Assembly (NCBI RefSeq): GCF_009914755.1
Contig: NC_060936.1
DNA: 64,000 nt
Reading direction: 5' to 3' (one strand)
Source: the human T2T-CHM13v2.0 reference genome, Homo sapiens
Part shown: one piece after another, positions 16,894 to 30,150 of the stretch
How the letters are laid out: every line of letters starts with the position of its first letter
How positions within the stretch are numbered: position 1 is the first letter of the stretch
The notes under the pieces: generated by a model
The model's input: the letters and a program-made list of their open reading frames with translations, nothing else
Told to the model about the DNA's origin: nothing
Databases searched by the model: none
Position numbers and translations under genes: made by a program

Positions 16894-18288
16894 TGCCATT
16901 CGCAGATCTTCTCAGCTGCTTCCTGTGTCTTATCCTTCCACGTTTTCACATTTCTTTTTTCCTAGTCTAGGGTCTGATGTCATCAGAAGTAGTGTAAGAA
17001 AATGGGACGAGGTGGGGTTTGCAAGTGTTTATTTGACATTAATTTAGAGAGCAGATTACTGGGGTTGGGGGGTAGGACAAGAGAGAAATACTCAAGCTTG
17101 TTCTCAGTTTCTCATCTACTGTCCAAGAATCCCATTTGGTTGTAAGCCTGTCTGTCCCACGGGAGAAAACCAAAGCCTGCCAAGGAGCTGGGTCCTTAGG
17201 AGGCAGGTTAGTGATTCCTGATACTCATATCTGCTGATTGGGGGCACAGGGTGGGGTAGTTTAGCTCCCCAAGTGGCTCCACTAGAACTTTCTAACTATG
17301 TGCAGTCCTCTTTCTGAGGGAACTCTGATGAAGGCTCTTTTCTTCAGAGGTTTATAAAATTCCAGGGATGTTTTAGTGACCCTTACGGATTTAAGTCGCT
17401 GGCTGTGGCTCAGTAGCCTATCTCTGAATTTGGCTCTGGGAGTTAGGGAAGGCTTCACACAAAGGAGGTGACATTTGAACTTGGCTTTGAAGGATTAGTA
17501 GGATTTTGCCAGAAGTGGCATAAGAATTCTCACTGGCAAGAAAGATAATTACTAGCAACCTTTTTTTTTTTTTCCTGCTTCATAATATTAAGGACAATTT
17601 AGACCTTTGTGCCTATATATTCATACATCATATGTTTATGGCTCGAAGTAAATATGATTAAGTAGACAAAACCCAACTTTATAAATCCTCTTTTTTATGT
17701 GCAAAGTAAATATTTTTAAGAAGGGGGTTTGATTTATTTACATTTTTAATTAAATGAAAATTACAGATAAAAGATGCTATACCACTCGTCTTCCTAGGAA
17801 AAGAAAATATTGCAATGTAATTAAAAGGATGCCTCAAATTATAATTAGATTTGAAATTTAATTATGACTGGAATACTTCATCCTTATGCACACTGACACC
17901 TTGTTGATACCTAACCTTTAAAGTATTTTTATTATATTTACACTAAGATCTTAATCTGTGGACTAAATAAAACCCTTAGATTCAAAAGAAGTATTAGAAT
18001 TCAGCAAAGAATACAATATTCTTTTTTTTCTGGAAAAAAAAGTGTGTTTTAGAATTCGCATTTTAACCATTGCTAAATCTTATTTAACAACTTCCAGCTG
18101 AAAACAGTTTAATAATCTCTAGCAGAGATGGATTGGTATAGTAAGACCTTTCTTAGCTAAGGAGAATATTCTTTTGTTCATACCTGATAGAGTTCCTCTC
18201 TTCCAAGTTGAAAGGACTCTAGGAAATCCCAATACATATTCAGGAATCACATTTTCCAATAAGAAAATTCTCATTATGGAGTGTCAAT

Positions 18289-18332
<44 letters not shown>
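18289..18332. repeat. (TCTA)11 tetranucleotide STR
   Basis: Perfect repeat. Confidence 0.97.
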
Positions 18333-18333
<1 letters not shown>

Positions 18334-19521
18334 AAATCTATTACTGTTACTTGATGGAATCTCTTCTGCAGTAAGCTCCGGTTAAATACATTTGCTATAC
18401 TTAACTTCCTGTGGCACCATTTGACACTTCTTGCAGCTTAGAAAACAATAAATTTAACAGTAAAAATGATTTAGCTACAGTACAATGTGCCCTGCGAGAA
18501 ATGTTTTGAGATAAAGATTCCCAAAATGCAATTATTATTAGCTTGATTTGCAAAATATTATGTAATAAAATCTGTTTGAAAAATTGCCAGTTTAGCTTAC
18601 CTGGTGTCGAAGAATGCACTTAATATAAATTGAAGTTCTTTATTCACGAATAAAAGTCCGAATTCATAGCCTTTGTGGCAATCTTTAAAATACTTGCTTG
18701 TTAATTAAATAATTGAATAAATATATATAGATAATGTATTATGTGCTAGGCATTTCCTAAATTTCGTATAGTATATGTTGGTTCTAATTTACTACAATCA
18801 TCAAATGGATTGGCCTTCAGGACAGTAAATATAAAAGACTTGCTTTTATAAACTCAAGAGGAAAAATACAAAGCAACAAAGTTCGATCATCTGAAATTGA
18901 CTCATTTTCATTCTACTGAGTTTGAACTTACATGCCTCACTTAGCCCCTCCTTACTGAACCAATTTTCACCAGACAACTTCTGCTCCTAGATGAACTGAA
19001 TTTCTACAAATGGCCTGCCTCTGTGGTCCTCTGTATAGGCAAACCTGTCATTGAAGTCCTTAACTCTTTTGAAGGGACTTCAAAAGTCCATTGAAATCCA
19101 AAACTTTCCTTGAAGTTAAGTCAAGTTTTGCCTGTTTTAGGGCTGCAGGATTTCATCCAGAAAAGCCTAGGTGGTTAACAAGGAAAGGACATGTTAACCT
19201 GGTTGGATTTCATCACAAGTGGAATTTGGTCTGACAATTTTGGCTCTGTTAGGGGGTTTAAAGCATATTCAGCTGTGGAAATGATAAAAGGATTCTCCTA
19301 CCTGGTTTTATAGCACAATAGCTGAAAGACCAGCAGGTATTTCCAAGCATCTTTTAGTGCATATCCCAAACTGCTTCACCAGCTGGATCTTCAGTGAATG
19401 AAATAACCCTGCTGTTAAAGCATTTGAATCCCAGTCAAAGTCGTTGACAGTAAAAATCCAGGTGGCTATGCAAATTGGTCATTTCCTTAAATAGTAATTT
19501 GAGTTTCACTAGGTGAGCCCT

Positions 19522-19750
19522 GCTAATAATGACAAGCAACATCTGTGTGGTATGTTTCAATTCATGGAACAGCTTTTATGTATATTATCTCAATTAGTCT
19601 TCACTAAAACTCTATGAGATGAAGAAATGGAAGTTCAGAGAGATTAAGTGACTTGCCCAAGGTTATACAAGTAGTAAGTGGTGAGCTGGGATTTGAACAC
19701 AGACACAGGGACACAGTGGGCTTCCATTAGACTATGAGTGACTGCTAGTG
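19522..19750 (-). mobile_element. MIR
   Basis: 'gaagttcagagagattaagtgacttgcccaaggttataca...ctgggatttgaac'. Confidence 0.85.
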
Positions 19751-19844
19751 CAGATGATTATTGATTCATAGATTTTGATTCAAAGAATCAAGCTGCTTTG
19801 TCTTCTTTTGGGGGTCCTATTTCTATAGGTCTTTTTTTGAAAAT

Positions 19845-20320
19845 AGGATAGTGTGACCAGCTGAAGTGCTTGCTGAAGGCAGAGAGAATACAGAATTAAT
19901 AGAAGAAAAAAGTAGTTACAAATATCAGCTATGACTACATGACCAGATACCAAAATGAGACTGCAAATGTCATAAGTATTTCCTTCCTATTTTCTTCTGA
20001 AAATATTTGTTTATATATATATATACATATATTAAGCAAATATTTTTATTTCCTTATTATGTAACATAAGATGTATTGACTTTATATCAGTATTTAAGTA
20101 TTGTTAATTTTACCTAATAGTATGTAAGTTATGGGATGCCAGTAAACATTATTCAAGGACCTTACCTCCTCTTCTGGGAAAAGGGTTAGTGTGTTTCAGC
20201 TGTATGCAGAACAGTTCTATCATATTAGGTGAAATTACGACCATATTATTTTCTTTATTTGGAAATTTAACCATGGTTCAAAGAGATATGTATGGATGCT
20301 AAGTTGATAAGTGGTGAATT
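19845..20320 (+). mobile_element. ERVL internal 3' end
   Basis: 'gctgaagtgcttgctgaaggcagagagaatacagaa...' encodes the ERVL terminal AEVLAEG-ENTE peptide; PPT-like 'aagttgataagtggtgaat' abuts the LTR. Confidence 0.8.
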
Positions 20321-20551
20321 TGGGTTGGTTAATTTTATGCACCAACAAGACCGGGCTAAGGGATGCCCAGATAGCTGGTAAAATATTATTTCTGGATGTG
20401 TCTGTTAGGGTATTTCTGGAAGAGATTGGCATTTGAATCAATAGGCTGAGTAAAGGAGATCATCCTCACCAATGTGGTTGGGCCTTATTCAATCCATTGA
20501 GGGCCTGAATAGAACAAAAATGTGGAGGAAGGGTGAATTTGCTTCCTTTCT

Positions 20552-20618
<67 letters not shown>

Positions 20619-20683
20619 GGGAGAGAAATCTCTATATATATATCCTGTTGGTTCTGTTTCTCTGGGAAACCCTGACTAATACA
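20321..20683 (+). mobile_element. MLT2 (MLT2D-like) 3' LTR with an internal deletion
   Basis: 'ggttaattttatg...gggatgcccagatagctggtaaa...ccctgactaataca'. Confidence 0.85.
20555..20626. repeat. Compound (GT)21(GA)n microsatellite
   Basis: Read directly. Confidence 0.97.
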
Positions 20684-20699
20684 TATAGATTATATTTTG

Positions 20700-21362
20700 A
20701 GCTCTGGGCTCATATTACTAAATTTTCTAAATTTATAAGAAAAGCTGGAATTTCTGATTTTCGTGGAAACTTTCCCAATTTTTAAATGTTAGCAACTGTG
20801 TTAGTTTGGGTCATTGTTCTCAATGCTTTATTCCTCCTGTAGTAGATTTCTACATTGACACCCTTTTGCCATGTAACTCTTTAGGCCTTCCCAGTAGAAC
20901 GAATAGAGTAGACATTGCTTGCCTCATTGGTTTTGGATTTGGCCATGTAATTTGGATTGCCCAGTGAAATGTGAGGAAAAAAAATGACCTGTGGCTTTAA
21001 GAAGTGCCTTTTATTTTCCATGTTTCTTATGCTCCTGCATTTACCTTGAGAGAGGCTTTTTCTGCAGCCCCAGATGGAGGAGACACAGCAGACTGGAACC
21101 TGACCCGCAGCTTGGATCCAAGTTCAGTCAATCCCAGCAGATGCCAGTGCATTCCTGTTGAGCCCAGCAGAGCCCCAGCCAATAAGCAAACCTGTGAATA
21201 AGAAATAGATGTTTCTAAGTAATGGAGATGTGGGGTTATTATGCAGTAATATTTCAGCAAAACCTGACAAATTAAAACATTTTTATAAAAAAATAGTAAC
21301 AGCTTAAATTACATACAGCTGCAGACTGGATGCAGCCTGTGGGCCACCAGCCTGAAATTTGT
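20700..21362. mobile_element. MER102-like hAT-Charlie element split by MLT1 (20700-20796, 21270-21362)
   Basis: 'gatttt cgtggaaactttcccaatttttaaatgttagcaac' ... 'gcagcctgtgggccaccagc'. Confidence 0.55.
20797..21269 (+). mobile_element. MLT1 (H/I/J-type) LTR
   Basis: 'ggatttggccatgtaatttgg...gcccagcagagccccagcc...tgtggggttattatgcagtaata'. Confidence 0.7.
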
Positions 21363-22799
21363 AAAATGGATCTTTGGCAGTATCATTGCCAATTCTAGCA
21401 TTTAGATCTCTGGGTTAAAAACAAAAACAAGAACAAAACCTTATGCCAAATGTTGGATGCATGGAATATTTAGAGGAAAAGAAAAAAGCTGTGAATTTAA
21501 GAAGTGACACCTAAACAATGTCTGTGCTCCTTGTCAGAAGAGACATATAAACGAAGATATATAACTAACTGAAAATGAAGTGAAATGAGATATTTTCTGT
21601 GTCATTTAGTGGGATTAACAGGATCAGCCACATTTTCCTCCGTCAGCACTACTTTATACATATAGGCCAAATGCTTAGGGAAGGAATTTGTTTTCTGTCA
21701 TCCATTTTTGTTACAGTTAAAGTTTTTCAGAGTTCCTGAAAAAAGTTAGAAGATTAGTGTTCATATTTAACTCTTCATTCTCCTTCACTCTAAAAGAGCA
21801 ATTTTAATTATTGAAAGAAATATCTCATGCTTTACTAAGTCTTGGGAAATGCAGTAATTTATTTTACACAGCTAAGATCACCTGGGGGAATTAAAGAAGA
21901 TTTACTTCTCTGCAGAATTCAGGAGGAAATCAGCATAGGCAGACTTAGAGCAGAGGGAAAGAATGTCAACAACCTCCAATCACAGAGACAGAAACTTGCA
22001 TGTTCCTCAAAAGACTGAGTGAGAGGGAGGGTCACATCAGATCTTCTAGTACAAGTTACCTCCCGCCAAGAAAAGGCTTCCATACCTAAGACAAGAGCAG
22101 CTCTACACACGATGTGATCTGGATGTGATTAGGACCCTTCAATAGAGCCATTTCCTTTTTATAAATGTATGATGTGATGGCAGAGGACAGCACTGAGAGC
22201 ACGCTAGGGCATGAGCACATTCCTTATTGATCATTCACAGCTTCCCCAAGCTGAGGCAGCCTAAGCCTACATATTTTCCAATCTTAGAGCAATGGTACTA
22301 CAATAGTCAGCTACACAGGCTTCCATGCGAGTCATGCCAACAGTCCTTAGACCTGTTAGCAGGTCAATCCTGCTATCAAAATAATTATGTCATTTTAATC
22401 ATGATATCTGCCACAGAAGAGAAATATAGGATGCTGTGAGGTTGCAATATTATTGTCCCCTGCTAGAATGTGACATCAAGGAAATATCACCAAATAAATA
22501 ACATTTAAGATAACACTTGGAAGACAGGTGGGTGGTATTTAGTCTGAGAAAGGGATGGGATGATGGGGTCATACAGGATGTGAGAGAGGGAGAGAGACAG
22601 ACAGACAGAAACATAGAGAATATCCGAAGTTCTGTGCTAGTATTTTTTAAAGGGGATCACAAAGTTTGAAGAAATGCCCCATCAGATGATTATTGTTTCC
22701 TCCTCATCTTTAGTTTAAAGTGATCTTCTATATCATGAACAGAAAAGAAGATTTGAAGAGGTTAAAGATTGTTGGACAAAGTGTGAAGTAAAATCAATA

Positions 22800-23040
22800 A
22801 GCATTATGGCTAAGAGTCTGGAAATGAATATCAAACAGACCTGATTTAAATCACAGTTCTCTACTTACTGGCTTTATGACCTGGGGCAAGTTACTTGTTT
22901 AACCTCTCCAACCCTCATTTTTTTTTAAACCTGCAAAACAGGGAAAATAATGCATATCTTAGAGTGCTACTGTAAGGATTAGGTGGAACAATACGTGTCA
23001 ACTGTTGAGCATTGTGACTGTCAGACTGCAAGCATTCAGG
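22800..23040 (+). mobile_element. MIR
   Basis: 'cagacctgatttaaatc...tgacctggggcaagttactt...aacctctc...ctgcaaaacaggg'. Confidence 0.85.
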
Positions 23041-23202
23041 TGTCGGAGCAGAAAGGTGAGCTGTCCGTGGTGGACCTCAGGTCAGAATGAATGAGAGTTT
23101 TAGTTGGTGATAGTATAATATTTGTAAAGCCTTAATCCATGTATAATCAATTCACTTATGAAGAATTTAAATCTGCCTTCAAAGTTATTTTCTCTTAGGC
23201 AG

Positions 23203-23650
23203 GTATATTCATTTTCTAGGGCTGCTATAACAAAGTGCCACCAACTATGTGACTGAAAACAACAGGAATGTACTGTTTCACAGTTCTGGAGGCCAGAAGT
23301 CCAAAACCAAGCTGTCAGCAGGGCCTTGCACTCACTGAGATCTGGGTAAAGTCCCTCCTTGCCTCTCCCTGGCATCTGGTGGGGGCATCAATGTCAATCC
23401 AGAACTTCCTTGGCTTGCTGCTTCTGCACTCCTATCTCTGTCTCTGTCATCCCATGTGCTCTCCCTGTGAGTCTGTCTCTGTTTCTTCTGTTCCTGTAAG
23501 AACACCTGTCATTTTGGATTAGGGTCCACCCTAGTGACTTCATTTTAACTTGATTACATCTGCAGAAGCCCTATTTCCAAATAAGCTCACATTCAGAAAT
23601 ACCGGGAGGTGGGACTTATCTTTTTTGGGGACGCAATTCAATCCCCAAGA
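23203..23650 (-). mobile_element. MLT1C-type LTR
   Basis: 'agggctgctataacaaagtgccac...cacagttctggaggccagaagtcc...ttgattacatctgcag...caattcaatcc'. Confidence 0.85.
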
Positions 23651-25119
23651 ATATATGAGTGAAATGGTTACAGGGAAGAAGAGCCTGTTTACCAGTGAGT
23701 TAGATAATTCTTTCTATAGCAAGTTGAGACTTCTAAAGATACATGATCAAAGTGCTCCATTCTTCTGGTGCCTATAATTCTAAGCGTGCCTGGATTACCA
23801 ACTTAGGGTTCTGATTACTTTATTTGTATTTTTCTCAGTTCTAAAAGTCTTCTTGAGTATAATCTCTGGCTTTGACACAATTTTCTTATCTCTTATGATA
23901 AAGAAAGGGGGTTGCGGGGAAATCTACATCCTGAAAGGAATTGATCATTTTAAAAAAACTAGTTATGAGGAAAGCAGGGTGATACAAAATGATCTTTTAG
24001 CTGAACTAAAGACTTGCTAATGTAGCTTCTTTTAATAGGTATTATTGGAAGGTTCAGGGTGTTTTGGTTGATTTAAGATTAAAACTAAGTTATAATATTG
24101 AGTGTTCCTGTTTTGATAGGAGATTCCATTCTCTGCAGCCTTTATTTAGTTGGTGTGCTTGGGCTTGTATTGTAGAACTTATGGTGATTAGGTCATATAT
24201 AACCTTATAAAGAAATTAAAAAGAATTTAGGATTTTTAAAAATTAGGGAAATTTCCTTCTCTGGGCTAGGTAGTGTTTAGGATCTTTAAATCATATATAG
24301 AAAAATGTATTTTCAGATCCAAAGTGAAAAAGATAGTAAAAGGGTTTATGTCCTCTTCTTCTTGGTTGTGTGCATTGCTAAGATGTAATATTTGTTACTC
24401 CATCAGTGTGCTCAAGCCCTGTTGTCTGATGATGGGAACCTCCCTGTCTCCCTGGCATGGCTCAGCCATAACTAAGGGTGAATGAGGATAGAGTGGTGCC
24501 ATGTCTACAGCCGAGCCCCTGAAGGGAAATATGGGGCCACCATTCAGTGAGCAAAGAGGGTGACTTGATCTCAATCCTCCCCGCTCCAGCCAATTGGTCT
24601 TTTAAAAATAAAATGTCTCCTTTAAGTCCTACTTTCAGGCAAAGTCTCGTTTGACCTCAAACAAAAGGGCCAAGTCCTTTTTCAGCAGATTAGAGAAATT
24701 TATATTTAAGCTGGTGATTTTCACATGTTATTTATTTTCTCTCAGTGCAGGTATTTTACGGGGATGGATACAGTGACTGCAGTTGGAAAAATGGCTACAG
24801 TCTGTGTTTCCTAAGGAGGGAAAAATCATTGCCTGTCAGGAGCTTGGAGATTTAGTCCCCAGGCAGAGATTTACCCAAGGATTCCCTTAAAAGCATAATA
24901 TGAGAAGACAATACCGTGCCAGCAGGTCAGCTGCGTTGCCACTAAGGGAAGATTTGTCATCCGGGAGACTTTAGTCTGCGGATCTACTAGTTTACTTAGC
25001 CTGAAGGTTTTAAAGTCCGAAGTTGAACTCTGGAAGAAACGATAATGGGGAGCTTAAAAGTATCACTGTTGGTTTAACTAGAAAAAAAGAGAAATTCAGT
25101 CTCTTGAATCTGGGATTTA

Positions 25120-25557
<438 letters not shown>

Positions 25558-26299
25558 TCAAATCTTAGGGAAGAACTCTGGAGATTAAAAATAAGGGAGA
25601 TACAATATAAAAGACATGAAAATAGCTAATAACTAAAACTTGAAGGACTTCAGTTTAAATAAAAAACTGGAATACATAACAAAGTCAAAAGAATTATATG
25701 ATCAATAAAATGGGTAATGATAAGTACAATTAAGTTGTTAAAGTATGAATGAAAATTGTATTTTTTTAATGAAAAACACCTTCTAACCATTAAGCAAAGA
25801 AAACAGTAGAGGAAAAGGCAGAAGCTATACAAGAGAAAAATATTGACAAAAATATAATTTTAAAAAGTTTTTAAAGCACAAAATTTAATAAAATGTAGGT
25901 TAGTAGAATGGTGCTTTTCTTTTTTCTTTTTTTTTTTTTTTAAATATATTAACAAGAGGACCTAAGAAATGTCTGGCAGTAGTTCAAAGTCAAAGGCCAA
26001 CATCAATCGCTCATAAAGCAACTTATTAAAGGGCCCTTAATGTAACGGACTGCAGATGTCCAAGTCTCCTCCTTCAACTATCCTCCCAAGGCTGGGACTC
26101 CCCGAAGGTTCCCTTAATGGACCTTGGGTCAATATTGTTAGGACAGAAAGCCGTGGGCATTGGTCATTTTCTTTTATATCTACTAGAAATTATTTTCCTT
26201 CAGGTCGAGAATTTCTTATCTGCTATTTGAAGGCAAGACTGTTGTTCTTTTATTACTGTTATTATTGACAGGTTATGGTTATTAATGTGAATTTTGTTA

Positions 26300-26490
26300 T
26301 TATTAGTGGTGGTGATGGTATTCTTGCTTTTAGATGAGAAACTGAAGCTGGAAGGAGTTAAGTGATTGACATCAGATAATACAGCAAGCAAGGGGCAGGG
26401 CAGAGTTGGTGCACTGGGAACCCTGGACGCGACACCCTGGCTAGAATCAGGGCTGGGCTGGTGAACCCAGTGTTCTCTGCACAACAGCAG
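26300..26490 (-). mobile_element. MIR fragment
   Basis: 'tttagatgagaaactgaagctggaaggagttaagtgattg'. Confidence 0.65.
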
Positions 26491-27638
26491 CTTCCCAGTA
26501 TCTGATAAGGCTTCTGTCCATGGTGGAATTAAACAGCTCAGGGGAGAATAACAAAAATGTTTATATATAAGGCTTAGGAAATAGGATTTAGTTTGGGGAG
26601 AAGATTAGAAAATTAGTAATCCAGGAGGAAGTTTAAGCTCATTTTCAAATACACAAGGATATTCCATGACAAAATCCTGACAAGACTGCTTCTGAAGTGA
26701 GCTCCTTTCCTGTATCTTTAAAGCTGGGATAAGCCTGTGATGAGGCAAACATTTAGGTGACATCAAGCATAATCCAGGCCCCTGTTTGCTCCATCCTTGG
26801 ATCCTTAACTGTTTCTTCCTTGCGCTGCCATGTTTGGAGGATGCAAAAGACACACTGGGGAGAGACACCTGCTGGGTGTAATCATCCTAAGACCGCAGAT
26901 TACTTGTTGAACATATTCCCTGCTTTTGTCCCCACTCAGTTTTCTGATTTCCTTGTCCTGCTGTTTGATTCTGGTCCTCCTCCTTTTAGTGCTTCTCTGG
27001 CTCAACATTCCATTTGGCACCTGTAGCTCCAGGAGGGAGACAGGAGTCTCTTTCTTTGGGACCAAGGAATGTAATAATGGTTAGGCAGCTGTCCTTGGCT
27101 CATGACACTCCCTGTCAAAGGAGAAGAAGCAGAGAGCAAGTGCAGTCCCTCCTCCCAAGTCCTCTCTCTCTCTCTTTCTCTCATTGGCTTTTGTTTGACC
27201 TGAGGTGCCATCTCTGAAGAGGAGCCCAGAATTCACAGGATTTTGAAGTCACAGGGTAGCTATTTAAAAGCACAAGACTTGCCTAGAAAAGTTTTGAGTT
27301 TGCTGTTTTGTTGGTGTAGGTAGTTTCAGCTCCTGGGAATAGGAATCATGAGCTTCTGTATCTTTCCTACAGAAGTGGTCCCAGCATTCCTCTCAAACCA
27401 TGTATAATGAAAAGTAGACTCCAATGGTGTGCGCAAATTTTAAAGACCGGTTGGGATGAAGCTTTCTCCGTGATGAGCAATAGTTTGCAATATTTATCAC
27501 AGGAAAGCCCAAGCTGGATCAGTGGCCAAATAGAGAATAGTCTTATGTATCTGAAAGATATTAGGGCTGGCATGAATTTTGTCTAAGTGTTGAGCTGTGA
27601 TTTGGCTGAGTTGTCCAAAATCCACAGACTGTCTGGAG

Positions 27639-27829
27639 TAGGGATGCTAGATTTAGTAAAATCCCCACAAGATCCCCAGTTACATCTGACTTTCAGATAA
27701 ACAACAGATTTTTAAAAATATAAGTATGTCCCAAATATTACATAGTATATACTTATACTAAATAAACATTCACTGTTCATTTGAAATTAATATTGAACAG
27801 GATGCCCTGTAGTTTATCTGACAATCCTA
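27639..27829. mobile_element. MER53 palindromic hAT MITE
   Basis: TIRs tagggatgctagat / atctgacaatccta; internal palindrome; perfect 8-bp TSD gtctggag at 27631-27638 and 27830-27837. Confidence 0.9.
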
Positions 27830-28074
27830 GTCTGGAGATCACTCCAGATTCATCTGGAATAACTCCCAGATCAGAAGACAGGTGACTTCCTTCACGGCAG
27901 AATAGGGAACCTACTAGCAGAGGGAGACTATCTGAGAATGACTATTCTGTTCTGAAAATCTTCATATAAAAGAGATGGGGAAATCTTTGATAAAATTTAG
28001 GACTCCAAAATGCTCTTTTCTCCTCTTCCTCTTCCTCCTCCTCTGTTAAACTATTGAGTACTATCTAATAGTTG

Positions 28075-28469
28075 TTTTTCTTTTTTCCCTCCTTTTCTCC
28101 TCCCTCTTTTTTCTTCTTCCCTTTCTTTTCCTTCCTTCCCTCCTTCCCTCCCTCCTTTTTCTTTCTTTCTCTTTTGTTCTTTCTTTCTTTCCCTTCCTTC
28201 CTTCATTCCTTCTTCCTCTTCTTCTTCTTTTCCTTTCTTTCTCTTTCTTTCTTTTTTCTTTTTTCTTTCTTTCCCTTCCTTCCTTTCTTCCTCCTCTTCT
28301 TCTTCTCCTTCTTCTCCTTCTTCTTCTTCTTGTTCTTCTTCTTTTCTTTCTCTTTCTTTCTTTCTTTCCTTCCTTCCTTCTTTCTTTCTTTCCTTTCTTT
28401 CTTTCCTTCCTTCCTTCTTTCTTTCTTTCCTTTCTTTCTTTCTCTTTCTTTCTTTCTTTCTCTTTCTTA

Positions 28470-28517
<48 letters not shown>

Positions 28518-28656
28518 TCTCTCTCTCTCCCTCTCCCTCCCTCCTTCTTCCTTTCCTCTCCTTTCCTTTCTTTTCCTTTCCTTTCCTTTTTCTTTTTTCC
28601 ATTTCCTTTCCCCTTCCCTTTTCATTTCACTTTCCCTTCCCTTTCCTTTCCTTTCT
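28075..28656. repeat. Polypyrimidine/polypurine complex repeat (CTTT, CCTT, CTT units)
   Basis: ~580 nt with only a handful of purines on the + strand. Confidence 0.97.
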
Positions 28657-29310
28657 AAAATTTGTCTTAGATGTGTTGAGGTAAGTTTGACTCACATGTA
28701 GTGAGCCAAAGAAGTAGAAGAGTAACTTTTTGCAAGGCATTATTTTATATTAAGAAGATAGCTACTGTGACTTGAAGTTGGGGAATATGCGCACTTTTGA
28801 TGGTAAGATACAGAAAATGAACATAGAGAGCAGAGACTGTATTTTTGTTCACTCATAGCCAGGGATATATTTTTTCCTCCTTGTTGTTGAAACTGCATGG
28901 TATATTTGTAGACATAGAAGTTTTAGACTGTGGTCTTATTCACAGAGATGTTGGACCTCTTGAACTGCTAGCACTTCTACTGATTTGCCCTATGGAAATT
29001 AGTGTCTCCTGATACTATATCCCTTGCTTTTTCAATCACATGACAGCCAGCAAAATCTAAGGACTTTTGGTTGTTCTGTTTTCTAAAAAAGTGGCACCTT
29101 TTGAAGGGTCCCAGTTTAGGCAATGGGTTTTTATTTTCAACTCAGTACGCTTTTCCTGGGTACTAGCAACTTTTAAATAAGTATCAGCATCAGGTTCCAT
29201 CCAGCCTATACCTAGCTTTAAACTGAAGGCTGGCTTTATTCTGCATTACTCTGGTTGTCATCCTATTGGTCAGTGGTTCTAACCTGCTGGGTCTATACTT
29301 TTAGAGGCAC

Positions 29311-29661
29311 TGACATAGTCAGTTTGGGCTCCTATAACAGAATATCATAGACTGAGTGGCTTAAACAACAAATATTTGTTTCTCACAGTTCTAGAGGCTG
29401 GAAGTCCAAGATCATGGTACTGGCCTGATTAGGTTCTTGATGGAGGCCTTCCTCCTGGCCATCTTTTTGTTGTATTCTCATAATGTGAAGAGAAAGAGAG
29501 AGAGGAAGCAAACTGTCTTGTCTCTTCTTATATGGGCATCATGAGAGTATCCTCATTATCTAATTACCTCCAAAAGGCCACTTCACCAAATGCCACCACA
29601 GTAGGAACTAGAGTTTTTCAACATATGAATTTGGTGAGACACAAACATTCAGCCCATAGCA
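29311..29661 (-). mobile_element. MLT1A-type LTR
   Basis: 'agtcagtttgggctcctataacagaatatcatagactgagtggcttaaacaac...aacattcagcccatagca'. Confidence 0.85.
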
Positions 29662-30150
29662 GAGGCATTTGCAAAATATATGTACCTTACCTTTTCTTCT
29701 TAAGATTTTGAAACATTTTCCCCGGAAATGTGCAGGCCCCTCTGGTTGAGACTCATTTTACATAAAGAGAGGTTTTGATGATGAAAGTGTACAGTGCATG
29801 TAAATGATTCGTAGGCACACTAAAAAATGGTTGTAGCAATGAAAGGTACAGTTTTGTAGATGAGGCAGAAAGTATTTGTATGTCAAAATGTCTGTAATTT
29901 AAAGAGTGAAGCCTAAGCATAGAATGCTACAACTCTATTTCAGGTCCAATGCAAGAAAATGACTAGTACTGTGTGTCAGCCTGGACCTGCATGAGATGTG
30001 GGATCAGAGCCAAAAAGACGAGAGTCAATGAATGACAGTAATCAGGATGGTAGAAAAAGAAAAGGATTAAAGGATTAGGCCCAGTAGCAGGGTAGTTGCT
30101 ACTGGGCCTATTCCTGTCTTTAACTACTATCATAGTGCAGTAGGGCCAGC

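Noticed and set aside
16970-17400. Possible ERVL-type LTR (LTR16/33-like)
   Set aside because: Resemblance too vague to assign without a search.
28051-28701. Long ORFs (183 aa K/E/R-rich; 209 aa F/S/L-rich)
   Set aside because: Artefacts of the stop-free polypyrimidine tract.
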